From Spirochaetia bacterium (GTDB lineage Bacteria; Spirochaetota; Spirochaetia; SZUA-6; Bin103), in the NCBI GenBank assembly GCA_965203905.1, contig CBDBDQ010000005.1:1696001-1760000 (forward strand): 64,000 nt of DNA. Reading direction: 5' to 3'. The position numbers and the translations under genes are program-made. Shown here piece after piece: positions 43,599 through 53,101 of the stretch. The notes beneath the pieces were generated by a model. That model was not told the DNA's origin. It saw only the letters and a program-made list of their open reading frames with translations, and ran no database searches. Each line of letters begins with the position of its first letter. Within the stretch, counting starts at the first letter, position 1.

Positions 43599-45791
43599 CT
43601 ACTCCCAGGTACGCTGCGCCACGGCTGCCGCCGCGGCCACGATCTGGTCGTCGCTGACCAGGGTCGCCAGTTCCAGCGCGCGCGACACTGGCGGTGAAAT
43701 GTCCAGCGAGGTGAGCACCGCGACCGGGGCGTCCAGGTCGTCGAAGAAGCGGCTCTGCACCTGGTCCGCCACCGTCGCCGCGATGCCGTGGCTGCGTGCC
43801 GCCTCCTCCACGATCAATACCGCGCCGGTCCTGCCCAGCGAGGCGCCGATGGTGGCGTAGTCCAGGTCGACGTGGTCCAGGGTCTTGAGGTCGATGACCT
43901 CCGCGTTGGCACCCTCGGCCCGCATCCGCTCGGCCAGCGCCAGGCAGCGTCCCACCAGGTGCCCGTAGGTGACGATGGTGAGGTCGTCGCCCTGCGCCAC
44001 CACTTCCGCCTGGCCCAACGGCAGGAAGTAGTCCAGATCCCCCTCGGGCACCGGGAAGGACTGGGTGTAGAGGGCGTGGTGCTCCAGGATCACCACCGGA
44101 TCGAGGGACTGCATGGCGCTGTTGAACAGCCCGATGTAATCGTACGAGTTGGCCGGCGCGATGATGCGGAACCCGGGGAACAGTCCGTAGAGCCCGACCG
44201 GATCCATGGAGTGCTGGGCGCCGTAGCCGAGGCCGGTGCCGATGCGGGTGCGCACCACCAGCGGCACCTCGGTGGTGTTGCCGTACATGTGGCGGCCCTT
44301 GCTGATCTGGTTGAAGAGCTGGTCGGCGGCCACCAGGGCGAAGTCGGCGAACATGATCTCCACCACCACGCGCATGCCGATTTGTGCGGCGCCGAAGCCC
44401 AGGCCGGCGAAGCCGCCCTCGGAGATGGGGGTGTTGATGACGCGCTCGGGGAACCGCGTCGGCAGCCCCTTGGTGGCGCCGTAGGCGCCGCCGCCGAGAT
44501 TGGCCACCTCCTCGCCGAATACGATGGTGCGCGGGTCGCGCTCCAGCCAGCGGCCGGTCACCGCGGCGATGGCATCGGAGTAGGCCAGCGCACCGCCGTC
44601 GGCCCGGTTGCCGCCGCCGTACCCGAACTCGCTGAAGGAAACACCGTCCCACTCGCCTCCGGCGCTGCGCATGCCGTCGGACGCGGTGTGCGGCTCCGGC
44701 CAAAGCTCCGCGCGCACGCTCCAGCTCCCGCCGTCGCCGCGCGCGGCACACGCCTCCATGGCCGCCACCACCGCCTGCTCGCTGCCGGCGCGGATCTGCT
44801 CCACCTCGGCCGCGCTGAGGGTGCCGGCCTGCTCCAGGGCCTCGGGCAGGACGCGGGTCACCTCCTTGCGCGCGTACTGCGCCTCCTCCTCGCGGCTGCG
44901 GTAGCGGAACGCGCTGCCGGGTACGTCGCCGGCGTGGTGGAAGCGGCGGTAGCACTTGGCCTCGATCAGCGCCGGCCGGCCGCCTTCGCGCAGCGCGCCG
45001 GCCACCTGGCCCACCACCTGGTAGATGGCCACCGGGTCGCTGCCGTCGACGATGTAGGCGTCCATGTCGTAGGCGGCGGCGCGCACCGACAGGTCCTCCA
45101 CCGCCGAGGCCTCCTGCACCGAGGTGGCGACCGCGTACAGGTTGTTCTCCACGAAGCAGATCAGCGGCAGGTCCCAGAGCCCGACCATGTTCAGCGCCTC
45201 GTGCAACGCACCCTGGTGCAGGGCGCCGTCGCCGACGAAGGCCACCACCACGTTGCCGCTGCCGGTGTGCTTCTCGGCGTAAGCGGCGCCGGCGGCCAGC
45301 GGCACCCCGCCGCCGACGATGGCGTTGGAGCCGAGGAAGCCCGCCTCCGGGTAGCGCAGGTGCATGGAGCCGCCGCGCCCGCCGCAGTAGCCGGGCGCCA
45401 GGCCCATGATCTCCGCCATGGTGCGGCGCACCACCTCCAGCCCCTCCTCCGGCAGCGCGGCCGCGGCGGCGTCCCAGTCGCCCGGCACCCGGTACTGCAG
45501 CGCCTTGGCCAGGAACTGGTGGTGCGAGCGGTAGGTGGCCGCGAACTTGTCGCCGGGGCGCAGGGCGGCAACGGTGGCCGCCGCGGTGGCTTCCTGGCCG
45601 ACGCTGGTGTGCACCGGTCCCCACACGGCGTCGCTGCCCTTCAACTCCAGCAGGGCCAGCTCGAAGCGGTTGATCAGCAGCACGTCGAACAGCATGCGCG
45701 CCGCCACCGGCTTGGGCAGGGCGGCCAGGTCGTCCGCCTCGGAGGACCACCGCTGCCATTGGAACCGAGGCTTGAGATTCTTGCGTTTCAT
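43599..45791 (-). CDS. Fused alpha/beta E1 subunit of a 2-oxoacid/acetoin dehydrogenase (TPP-dependent)
   Basis: HTSVGQE, GRGGSMH, GDGA..N TPP motif; beta half GEEV, NTPISE, GAQHS, EVIDL. Confidence 0.88.
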   Translation of the reverse strand: MKRKNLKPRFQWQRWSSEADDLAALPKPVAARMLFDVLLINRFELALLELKGSDAVWGPVHTSVGQEATAAATVAALRPGDKFAATYRSHHQFLAKALQYRVPGDWDAAAAALPEEGLEVVRRTMAEIMGLAPGYCGGRGGSMHLRYPEAGFLGSNAIVGGGVPLAAGAAYAEKHTGSGNVVVAFVGDGALHQGALHEALNMVGLWDLPLICFVENNLYAVATSVQEASAVEDLSVRAAAYDMDAYIVDGSDPVAIYQVVGQVAGALREGGRPALIEAKCYRRFHHAGDVPGSAFRYRSREEEAQYARKEVTRVLPEALEQAGTLSAAEVEQIRAGSEQAVVAAMEACAARGDGGSWSVRAELWPEPHTASDGMRSAGGEWDGVSFSEFGYGGGNRADGGALAYSDAIAAVTGRWLERDPRTIVFGEEVANLGGGAYGATKGLPTRFPERVINTPISEGGFAGLGFGAAQIGMRVVVEIMFADFALVAADQLFNQISKGRHMYGNTTEVPLVVRTRIGTGLGYGAQHSMDPVGLYGLFPGFRIIAPANSYDYIGLFNSAMQSLDPVVILEHHALYTQSFPVPEGDLDYFLPLGQAEVVAQGDDLTIVTYGHLVGRCLALAERMRAEGANAEVIDLKTLDHVDLDYATIGASLGRTGAVLIVEEAARSHGIAATVADQVQSRFFDDLDAPVAVLTSLDISPPVSRALELATLVSDDQIVAAAAAVAQRTWE

Positions 45792-45799
45792 CAGTTCAC

Positions 45800-46567
45800 C
45801 TAGTCCATATGGAAGCCGCCGTTGACGTCGAGGATCTCGCCGGTGATGTACCGGGCGCGGTCGGACGCCAGGAACGCCACGGCGTCCGCCACCTCGTCCG
45901 CGGTGGCGTAACGCTTGAACGGAATGTTGGCGGCGAAGTTTTGGTTCATCTCGTCTCCCCAGGCGCGCGTCAGGTCGGTGTCGACGGGGCCGGGCGCAAC
46001 CGCGTTCACGTTCACGCCGTGGGCGGCGGCGGCCAGCGCCATCGACTTGGTGAGGGCGATGATCCCGGCCTTGGAGGCGGCGTAGTCGGCCGGGGCCACG
46101 TAGCCGCCGATCTTGGCCGCCAGGGAGGCGATGCTGACGATCTTGCCGTGACCCTGCGCGCACATCACCTTGAGCGCCTCGCGGCTGGTGAGGAAGGTGC
46201 CGCGCAGGTTGATGGTCATGGTGCGGTCCCACTGCTCGGCGCCGAGCTCCAGCAGCGGACACATGGCGATGACGCCGGCGTTGTTCACCAGGATGTCGAT
46301 GCCGCCGTGCTCGCGCGCCACGCCACCGATCAGCGCCACGATCTGCTCCTCCGAAGCGACGTCCGTCCGCCGCGCGTGGCCGTGCCGGCCGCTGGCCGTC
46401 ACCAGCTCGGCGGTGGCCTCGGCCGCCGCCAGGTCGATGTCGCTCACCACCACGTCGGCGCCGTCCCGCGCCAGGGCCAGGCAGATCGCCCGGCCGATGC
46501 CGCGCGCCGCGCCGGTGACCACGGCCACGGGCGCGCGCCCGCCGCTTTCCCGCTGTTCGCTGCTCAC
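45800..46567 (-). CDS. Short-chain dehydrogenase/reductase
   Basis: TGAARGIG, NNAG, YAASK, VNGG; AGGAGG SD before GTG. Confidence 0.92.
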   Translation of the reverse strand: MSSEQRESGGRAPVAVVTGAARGIGRAICLALARDGADVVVSDIDLAAAEATAELVTASGRHGHARRTDVASEEQIVALIGGVAREHGGIDILVNNAGVIAMCPLLELGAEQWDRTMTINLRGTFLTSREALKVMCAQGHGKIVSIASLAAKIGGYVAPADYAASKAGIIALTKSMALAAAAHGVNVNAVAPGPVDTDLTRAWGDEMNQNFAANIPFKRYATADEVADAVAFLASDRARYITGEILDVNGGFHMD

Positions 46568-46603
46568 CGCTCCTCCTCGCTGACGAGCCAATCCGACAGC
46601 CTC

Positions 46604-47050
46604 CTAGCGCAGGGTGTCGGGAGCCTGCCGCAGTTCCACCACTTCGCCGTCGGGACCGAGCAAGTACACCACCCAGACCCCGGGCCGGAATTCGACCGGG
46701 GCGTCGCTCAGGAAGCGTACGCCGGCCGCGCGCAGGCGCTCCACCTCGTCGTGGATCTCACTCACGCGCATGCCGAAGTGGATGTAACCGTGATCCGCCT
46801 GCGTGCGCTCGGCCGCCAGCGCCCGCCCCTCCGGCGTCCGGTACCGGAACAGCTCCAGCATGAACTCGCCGAGAAAGAGGTGGACGATGTCAGCGCAGGC
46901 GCCGTTCACGCCGATCACCCGCCCCAAGGGGAGTTCGGGATCGGCCGGCAGCCGGCGCCGCTCCTCGAACCCGAACAAGCCGGTGTAGAAGCCGATCGAG
47001 CGCTCCATGTCGGCCACGCTCAGGGCCACGTGGTCAGCTCCGTGGATCAT
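46604..47050 (-). CDS. VOC/glyoxalase family protein
   Basis: HVALSVADMERSIGFY, HFGMRV, GPDGEVVEL. Confidence 0.88.
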   Translation of the reverse strand: MIHGADHVALSVADMERSIGFYTGLFGFEERRRLPADPELPLGRVIGVNGACADIVHLFLGEFMLELFRYRTPEGRALAAERTQADHGYIHFGMRVSEIHDEVERLRAAGVRFLSDAPVEFRPGVWVVYLLGPDGEVVELRQAPDTLR

Positions 47051-47288
47051 GCAGCGGCAGGGTACTGCAAACCGGGCCGAACTGCTACGCCGCGCCGCGG
47101 CTTGAGTCAGAGCGTCGCATGACTCATGATCGGCGCCGGCAGCCACCGTGCAGTCGTCAGCCGGGACGGGCCGCACGGTCTCGGCGCCGGCGCCGGCGGG
47201 CACCGCGCCCGATGCCGTGTTACCCTTTCGAGCGTCTGGAGACGCGGTCACCAGCACCTCATGGTGCCCGGATGGAAGGAGCAGGTTT

Positions 47289-49100
47289 ATGCCGATGAAG
47301 CAGCGAGCTACCGGCAGGGTCGGTCGCCACGGACTCCTTGCGGCTCTCCTGGTCCTGTTGGTTGCGACTGGAGCGATACCACAGCCTGATGACCGGGCTG
47401 GGGTAGCCTGGCGACCGGTGCGCATCGGTGGCGGCTTCGCGTCGCCCATGGGGAATACGGGATACTCGCTCACCGCCGTCGCCTGGGGCGACGGGAAGTT
47501 CGTAGCGGTGGGAGGTGGCGGCACGATCGTGCACAGCGGGGACGGCGACCACTGGGAGGAGGCGAGCGCGGGCGCGACCGGCGACTGGCTCGATGCAATT
47601 GCCTGGGGCGACGGGAAGTTCGTGGCGGTGGGAAGTGGCGGCACGATCGTGCACAGTGGGGACGGCGACCGCTGGCAGGAGGCGAGCGCGGGCGCGACCG
47701 GGGAATGGCTCGGAGGCGTTGCGTGGGGCGACGGGAAGTTCGTGGCGGTGGGAAGTGGCGGCACCACCGTGCACAGCAGGGACGGGGATCACTGGGAGCA
47801 GGCGAGCGCCGGCGCCAACGTGGACTGGCTCGCGGCCGTCGCCTGGGGCGCCGGGCGGTTCGTAGCGGTCGGCGGTGACGGTGCCATCGTACACAGCGCG
47901 GACGGGGACCGCTGGCAGGAAGCGAGCGCGGGCGCGACCGGCGACCGACTCGATGCAATTGCCTGGGGCGCCGGGAAGTTCGTGGCGATCGGGAGTGACG
48001 GTACGATCGTGCACAGCGCGGACGGGGAGCGCTGGCAGGAGGCGAGATCCAGCGGCACGGCGGACCGCCTCCGAAGCGTTACCTGGGGCGACGGAAAGTT
48101 CGTGGTGGTCAGCGGCGACGGCAAGGTTTTCCACAGCAGGGAGGGAGATCGTTGGCAGGAGGCAAGCGGCCATGCGGACCATCTCTATGGCGTTGCGTAC
48201 GGCAACGGCGTATTCGTTGCCGTCGGGTGGGGAGCCAGGATCATGCGCAGCACCGATTCCGGCGGGGAACGCTGGCTGGAAGCGAGCGCCAGCCCTGCCG
48301 ATGGTGTCTTGTTGCCTCTCAACGGCGTTGGTTGGAACGGCACGCGCTTTGTCGCGGTCGGTGAGTCCACGATCTTGCACAGCAGCAGTGGGGAGCGTTG
48401 GAGAGATGCGGGCGCCCGCGATATCGCGGACTGGCTCGAAGGCGTAGCCGGGGGTAACGGGAAGTCCGTCGCGGTTGGGAGTACGATCCTGTACAGCAGC
48501 GATGGGGAGCGCTGGAAGGAGGCGAGCACCCGTGGAACGGCGGATTGGCTCAGAGGCGTCACTTGGGGCGGCGGCAAGTTCGTGGCAGTCGGGAGTGGCG
48601 GCTCGATCGTGTACAGCCGGGACGGTGAACGCTGGGAACAGGCGGGCGCGGGAGTAACGGCGGATTGGCTCGGAGGCGTCACCTGGGGCGGCGGCAAGTT
48701 CGTGGCGGTGGGGGGTGGCGGCACGATCCTGCACAGCCGGGACGGTGAACGCTGGGAGCATGCGGACGCCGGAGCAACGGCGGAATGGCTCAGAGGCGTC
48801 ACCTGGGGCGACAGCAAGTTCGTGGCGGTGGGGAGTGGCGGCACGATCCTGCACAGCACGGACGGGGAGCGCTGGGAAGAGGCGAGCGCCGGAGTGACGG
48901 CGGATTGGCTCCGAGGCGTTGCCTGGGGCGGCGGCAAGTTCGTGGCAGTCGGGAGTGGCGGTACGATCGTGTACAGCAGCGATGGAGAGCACTGGAAGGC
49001 GAGCGCCAGCGGTGCCGCGAACGATCTCGCAGGCGTTGTCTGGGGCGCCGGGAGGTTCGTCACGGTCGGGAGGAACGGCACGATCGCGGTGAGTCCGTAA
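47289..49100 (+). CDS. Secreted beta-propeller repeat protein (Asp-box/BNR-like), 14 repeats
   Basis: Signal-like N-terminus; 14 ~40-aa units of type WLxxVxWGxGKFVAVGSGGTIxHSxDGxRW; AAGGAG SD. Confidence 0.85.
   Translation: MPMKQRATGRVGRHGLLAALLVLLVATGAIPQPDDRAGVAWRPVRIGGGFASPMGNTGYSLTAVAWGDGKFVAVGGGGTIVHSGDGDHWEEASAGATGDWLDAIAWGDGKFVAVGSGGTIVHSGDGDRWQEASAGATGEWLGGVAWGDGKFVAVGSGGTTVHSRDGDHWEQASAGANVDWLAAVAWGAGRFVAVGGDGAIVHSADGDRWQEASAGATGDRLDAIAWGAGKFVAIGSDGTIVHSADGERWQEARSSGTADRLRSVTWGDGKFVVVSGDGKVFHSREGDRWQEASGHADHLYGVAYGNGVFVAVGWGARIMRSTDSGGERWLEASASPADGVLLPLNGVGWNGTRFVAVGESTILHSSSGERWRDAGARDIADWLEGVAGGNGKSVAVGSTILYSSDGERWKEASTRGTADWLRGVTWGGGKFVAVGSGGSIVYSRDGERWEQAGAGVTADWLGGVTWGGGKFVAVGGGGTILHSRDGERWEHADAGATAEWLRGVTWGDSKFVAVGSGGTILHSTDGERWEEASAGVTADWLRGVAWGGGKFVAVGSGGTIVYSSDGEHWKASASGAANDLAGVVWGAGRFVTVGRNGTIAVSP
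47460..49095 (+). repeat. ~120-bp coding tandem repeats, 14 units
   Basis: Recurring GCCTGGGGCGxCGGGAAGTTCGTGGCGGTGGG..CACGATCGTGCACAGC at ~120-bp period. Confidence 0.9.
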
Positions 49101-49238
49101 CCTGTGATCTATCCAAGCGACGGTCGCGGGTGCTACGTTAGTCGCGACGTCCGTCGCCATCTCTGATGCAGCCAGAACTGTACTCTGCCGCAGACATCCG
49201 CAACTCCGTAGTCGGGATCCGTCCGGTCCGTTAGCAAG

Positions 49239-50258
49239 ATGCCGTTGCGTGCATTGCCCAGGGGTGTGACAGCCGCGGCCCGCGGTGCTGCCGGAGCGTT
49301 GCTGGCGGTCCTGCTCGGCGGCTGCTTTCTGCTGCCGCAGGAGGAGGGCGTGCTGCCCCCGCCGCTGCTCAAGACTCCCGAGATAACCTATCGCACGGTG
49401 ACGGCGGAGGAAACGGTGATCGAGGACCGGGTGACGGTAGGCGGGGTGTTCATCTATCCCAGCCAGTACTCCCTCAAGTTCCGCTTTCGCGCCGGACCGT
49501 TGCGCGGCATCTACGTGCGTTACGGCGACGAGGTGACGCCCGGGCAGGTCGTCGCCGAGCTGGACACCGACCGCCTGCAGCTCGACGTGCGGCGCCAGGA
49601 GATCGTGCTGCGCAAGGCGGAGCTGGCCGCCGAGCGGGCCCGCGCGCAGGGAGCCGATCGCTTCACCACCGAGAATGCCGACCTGGACATCGAGCTGGAA
49701 CGGTTGCGCCTGCAGCAGCTCCAGGAGGAGCTTGCCAAGTCGCAGTTGCGCGCTCCGGTGGCGGGCGAGGTGGTGTACATCGCACCGCTCAGCGAGGGCG
49801 AGTCGGTGGATGCGTTCCGCACCGTGGTCCAGATTGCCGATCCGAGCGAGATCCTGCTCAGCTACAACGGTCCCAAGCGCTCCGAGTTCGCCCTGGGGGC
49901 CGACGTCGCGGTCGACATCCGCGGCACCAGGTATCAGGGCGAGGTGGTGATGACGCCCCTCAACGTGCCGCGCGACGCGCCGGATGAGATGCGCGAGCTG
50001 ATCCTGATGCGGGTGCAGGACCTGCCGGCGGAGGTGGAGAAGGGCGACACCGCCAGCGTGGTGCTGATCCGCGCGCGGCGCGAGGACGTGATCGTGCTGC
50101 CGCGCAACCTGGTGCAGACCTACCTGGGGCGGCGCTTCGTGTACGTGCTGGTCGACGGGCTGCGCGAGGAGCGCAACGTCGAGGTGGGCATCCAGACGCC
50201 GACCCAGGTGGAGGTCGCGGCCGGTCTGGAGGTGGGCGAAGAGGTGGTCGTACGCTAG
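49239..50258 (+). CDS. Membrane-fusion/periplasmic adaptor lipoprotein
   Basis: Lipobox LLGGC, GDEVTPGQVVAEL, LRAPVAGEV, GLEVGEEVV. Confidence 0.85.
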   Translation: MPLRALPRGVTAAARGAAGALLAVLLGGCFLLPQEEGVLPPPLLKTPEITYRTVTAEETVIEDRVTVGGVFIYPSQYSLKFRFRAGPLRGIYVRYGDEVTPGQVVAELDTDRLQLDVRRQEIVLRKAELAAERARAQGADRFTTENADLDIELERLRLQQLQEELAKSQLRAPVAGEVVYIAPLSEGESVDAFRTVVQIADPSEILLSYNGPKRSEFALGADVAVDIRGTRYQGEVVMTPLNVPRDAPDEMRELILMRVQDLPAEVEKGDTASVVLIRARREDVIVLPRNLVQTYLGRRFVYVLVDGLREERNVEVGIQTPTQVEVAAGLEVGEEVVVR

Positions 50259-50263
50259 TCCTG

Positions 50264-53101
50264 GTGCTGCGCAAGATGGCCAGCAACCGGTGGCTGGTGC
50301 TGGCCCTGCTGGGCGGCTCGGTGCTGTCGGTGGCGCTGCTGGCCAGCGTTCCCATCTACACCGACGGCGTGCTGCAGCGCCTGCTGACCCGCGACCTGGA
50401 GCGCTACCAGGAACGTACCGGGCGCTACCCCGGCACCACCGCCGCCATCTACAACTTCTACCGGCTGGTGGAGTCGCCCGCCGCCAAGGCGCCGTTCCAC
50501 GACTCCCTGGAGGAGGAAATCCTCACCAACCTGGTGCCCAACCTGGGGGTGCCGGTGGCGGCCGCCATGAAGCGCCTCACCCTCGACTACCTGTACGACA
50601 TCCGCCCGCAGCCGGAGGAGAGCCGCGAGCCGACCGTGAAGAAGTTCAGCCGGGTGGAGGCGGTGCGGGACCTGGAGGCGCACGTCACCCTGCTGCACGG
50701 CCGCATGTTCCGGCCGCAGCCGGTGGACGGCGTGTACGAGGCGATCGTCAGCGCCGAGGCGATGCAGCAACTGGAGCTGATCCTGGACCGCAGCTACCTG
50801 CTGCACGACCTGCTGCAGGAGGAGCCGCGGCTGCAGGTCAGGGTGGTGGGGGTGTACACCAAGAAGGATCCCAGCGACCTGTTCTGGTTCCAGCGCTTCA
50901 CCACGTTCTCGGAGAGTTTTCTCATCGACTACGACACCTTCGTGCGCGACTTCCTGTACCAGCCGACGCGCAACCTGACCAACGGCGCCTGGTACTTCGC
51001 CCTGGACTATCACCAGATCACGCTGGACAACGTGCCCAACCTGCTGCGCCGCTACGACGAGTACCTGCGCGCCTCGGCGCAGCGGCGCGTGGAGCTGGAC
51101 TTCGGCATCGCCAGGCTGCTGGAGGAGTACAACCGGCGCGCGGCGATCCTGAAGCTCACCCTGTCGTTCCTGCACGTCCCGATCGTGCTGGTGCTGGCGT
51201 TCTTCATGTACATGGTGTCGCAGCTCATCGTGGAGGGTGACCTGGCCGAGATCGCGGTGCTGGAGAGCCGGGGCGCGGCCGGTTCGCAGCTGTTCACGGT
51301 GTACCTGGTGCAGAGCCTGCTGCTGGCCGTGGCGGCGCTGGCGCTCGGTCCGCCGCTGGCCCTGGTGATCGTGCGCTTCCTGGGCGCCGCCAACGGATTC
51401 CTGGAGTTCGTCGGCCGTACCACGCTGCGCGCTCACATCGGCCTGCGCGCCTACTGGTTCGCGCTCGCGGGGGCGGGAATCTTCCTGGCGGCCACCCTGC
51501 TGCCGGCTACCCGCGCCGCGCGCACCTCCATCGTCGAGCTGCGCGGCCGCGGTGCGCGGGCCCGGCGCTACACCTTCTGGCGCCGCTACTACCTCGACCT
51601 GGTGCTGATCGGCATCGCCATCTACGGCCTGGTGCAGTTCCAGCAGCGGCGCGAGATCCTGCTGCTCACCGCCGCCACCGGCTCCGACCTGCCGCTGGAT
51701 CCGCTGCTGTTCCTCACCTCGGTGGTGTTCATCCTCGGCAGCGCCATGCTCGCGCTGCGCCTGTTCCCGCTGCTGGTGCAGGCGCTGTTCCGCAGCGCCC
51801 GGCGGCGCTGGTCTCCGCCGTTCTACGCCGCCTTCATCCAGGTGGCACGCGCCCGCGGCCACGAGCAGTTCCTGATGGTGTTCCTGATCCTCACCCTGGC
51901 GCTGGGCATCTACAACAGCAGCGCGGCGCGCACCGTCAACCGCAACATCGAGGAGCGCATCTACTACGCCGCCGGGGCCGACCTCACGCTGCAGCCCTAC
52001 TTTCCCAGCGACGCGCCGAGCCCCGGGTTGGGCGACGCAGCGGGACTCGGCGGCCCCGGGGCCGCGCCGGCTTCCAGCTCCTCGTCCGTCCAGTACCGGG
52101 AGCCCCCCTATCATCCGTACACCGAGCTGCCGGGGTTGCAGCAGACCACCCGCGTGCTGCGCCAGGCGCGGGCCCAGGTGTCGCTGCCGGGCAACCGGCG
52201 TACCATGGCGGAGATGATGGCAATCGTGCCCGGGGAGTTCGGCAAGGTGGCGTGGTTCCGCCGTGACCTGCTTCCGGCGCACTGGTACCACTACCTCAAC
52301 CGGCTCACCGACGACCCCAAGGCGATGCTGCTCTCCACCTCGATCGCCGACGAGTACGACCTCAAGCGCGGCGACACCATTCTCGTTACCTGGCAGGGCC
52401 AGGACGTGGTGGACGGGGTGGTGTACGGCTTCGTCGACTTCTGGCCCACGTTCATGCCGGTCGGCGGCCGCTCCACGCCCAAGCTGGTGGTGGCCAACTT
52501 CAACTACATCCGCGCCAAGATGGCCGTCGAGCCGTACGAGATCTGGGCGCGGCGGGAACCGCGCGCCACCAGCGCGGAGATATACGCCGCCATCGAGGAG
52601 CGCGAGCTGGACCTCGTCGCGCTGCAGGACGCCGCCCAGCAGGTGATCGAGGCCAAGAACGATCCGTTGCTGCAAGGCACCAATGGGGTGCTGACGCTCG
52701 GTTTCTCGGTGGCGATGCTGATCAGCCTGGTGGGCTTCGTAATGTACTGGGTGCTGACCCTGCGCGCGCGCACGCTGCAGTTCGGAGTGCTGCGCGCCAT
52801 CGGCATGTCCAGCCGCCGGGTGCTGCTGATGCTGGTGGTGGAGCAGCTCCTGATCACCGGCGCCGCCATCGTCGCCGGGGTCGTGATCGGCCGCGTGGCG
52901 GGGCTGCTGTTCGTGCCGCTGCTGCAGGTGGTGTACACCGCCGCCGACCAGGTGCCGCCGTTCCGGGTGGCCAGCGAGATCGGCGACCTGCTGCGCATCT
53001 ACGCCGTGGCCGGAGTGCTGCTGCTGCTCGGCGCGGTGCTGTTCCGCACCCTGCTGGCGCGCCTGGACATCCACCAGGCCCTCAAGCTGGGGGAAGAATG
53101 A
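50264..53101 (+). CDS. FtsX/MacB-like ABC transporter permease
   Basis: Multiple TM blocks; EIAVLESRGA and FGVLRAIGMS FtsX motifs. Confidence 0.88.
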   Translation: MLRKMASNRWLVLALLGGSVLSVALLASVPIYTDGVLQRLLTRDLERYQERTGRYPGTTAAIYNFYRLVESPAAKAPFHDSLEEEILTNLVPNLGVPVAAAMKRLTLDYLYDIRPQPEESREPTVKKFSRVEAVRDLEAHVTLLHGRMFRPQPVDGVYEAIVSAEAMQQLELILDRSYLLHDLLQEEPRLQVRVVGVYTKKDPSDLFWFQRFTTFSESFLIDYDTFVRDFLYQPTRNLTNGAWYFALDYHQITLDNVPNLLRRYDEYLRASAQRRVELDFGIARLLEEYNRRAAILKLTLSFLHVPIVLVLAFFMYMVSQLIVEGDLAEIAVLESRGAAGSQLFTVYLVQSLLLAVAALALGPPLALVIVRFLGAANGFLEFVGRTTLRAHIGLRAYWFALAGAGIFLAATLLPATRAARTSIVELRGRGARARRYTFWRRYYLDLVLIGIAIYGLVQFQQRREILLLTAATGSDLPLDPLLFLTSVVFILGSAMLALRLFPLLVQALFRSARRRWSPPFYAAFIQVARARGHEQFLMVFLILTLALGIYNSSAARTVNRNIEERIYYAAGADLTLQPYFPSDAPSPGLGDAAGLGGPGAAPASSSSSVQYREPPYHPYTELPGLQQTTRVLRQARAQVSLPGNRRTMAEMMAIVPGEFGKVAWFRRDLLPAHWYHYLNRLTDDPKAMLLSTSIADEYDLKRGDTILVTWQGQDVVDGVVYGFVDFWPTFMPVGGRSTPKLVVANFNYIRAKMAVEPYEIWARREPRATSAEIYAAIEERELDLVALQDAAQQVIEAKNDPLLQGTNGVLTLGFSVAMLISLVGFVMYWVLTLRARTLQFGVLRAIGMSSRRVLLMLVVEQLLITGAAIVAGVVIGRVAGLLFVPLLQVVYTAADQVPPFRVASEIGDLLRIYAVAGVLLLLGAVLFRTLLARLDIHQALKLGEE

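Noticed and set aside
30925-46262. Extended starts for ORFs 30925..33114, 40155..41918 and 43599..46262
   Set aside because: The extensions overlap other genes in a different frame; better starts are at 32356, 41285 and 45791.
47460-49095. Regular repeats as a possible CRISPR array
   Set aside because: Units are ~120 bp, in frame and degenerate at codon third positions, with no unique spacers or cas genes; this is a coding repeat.
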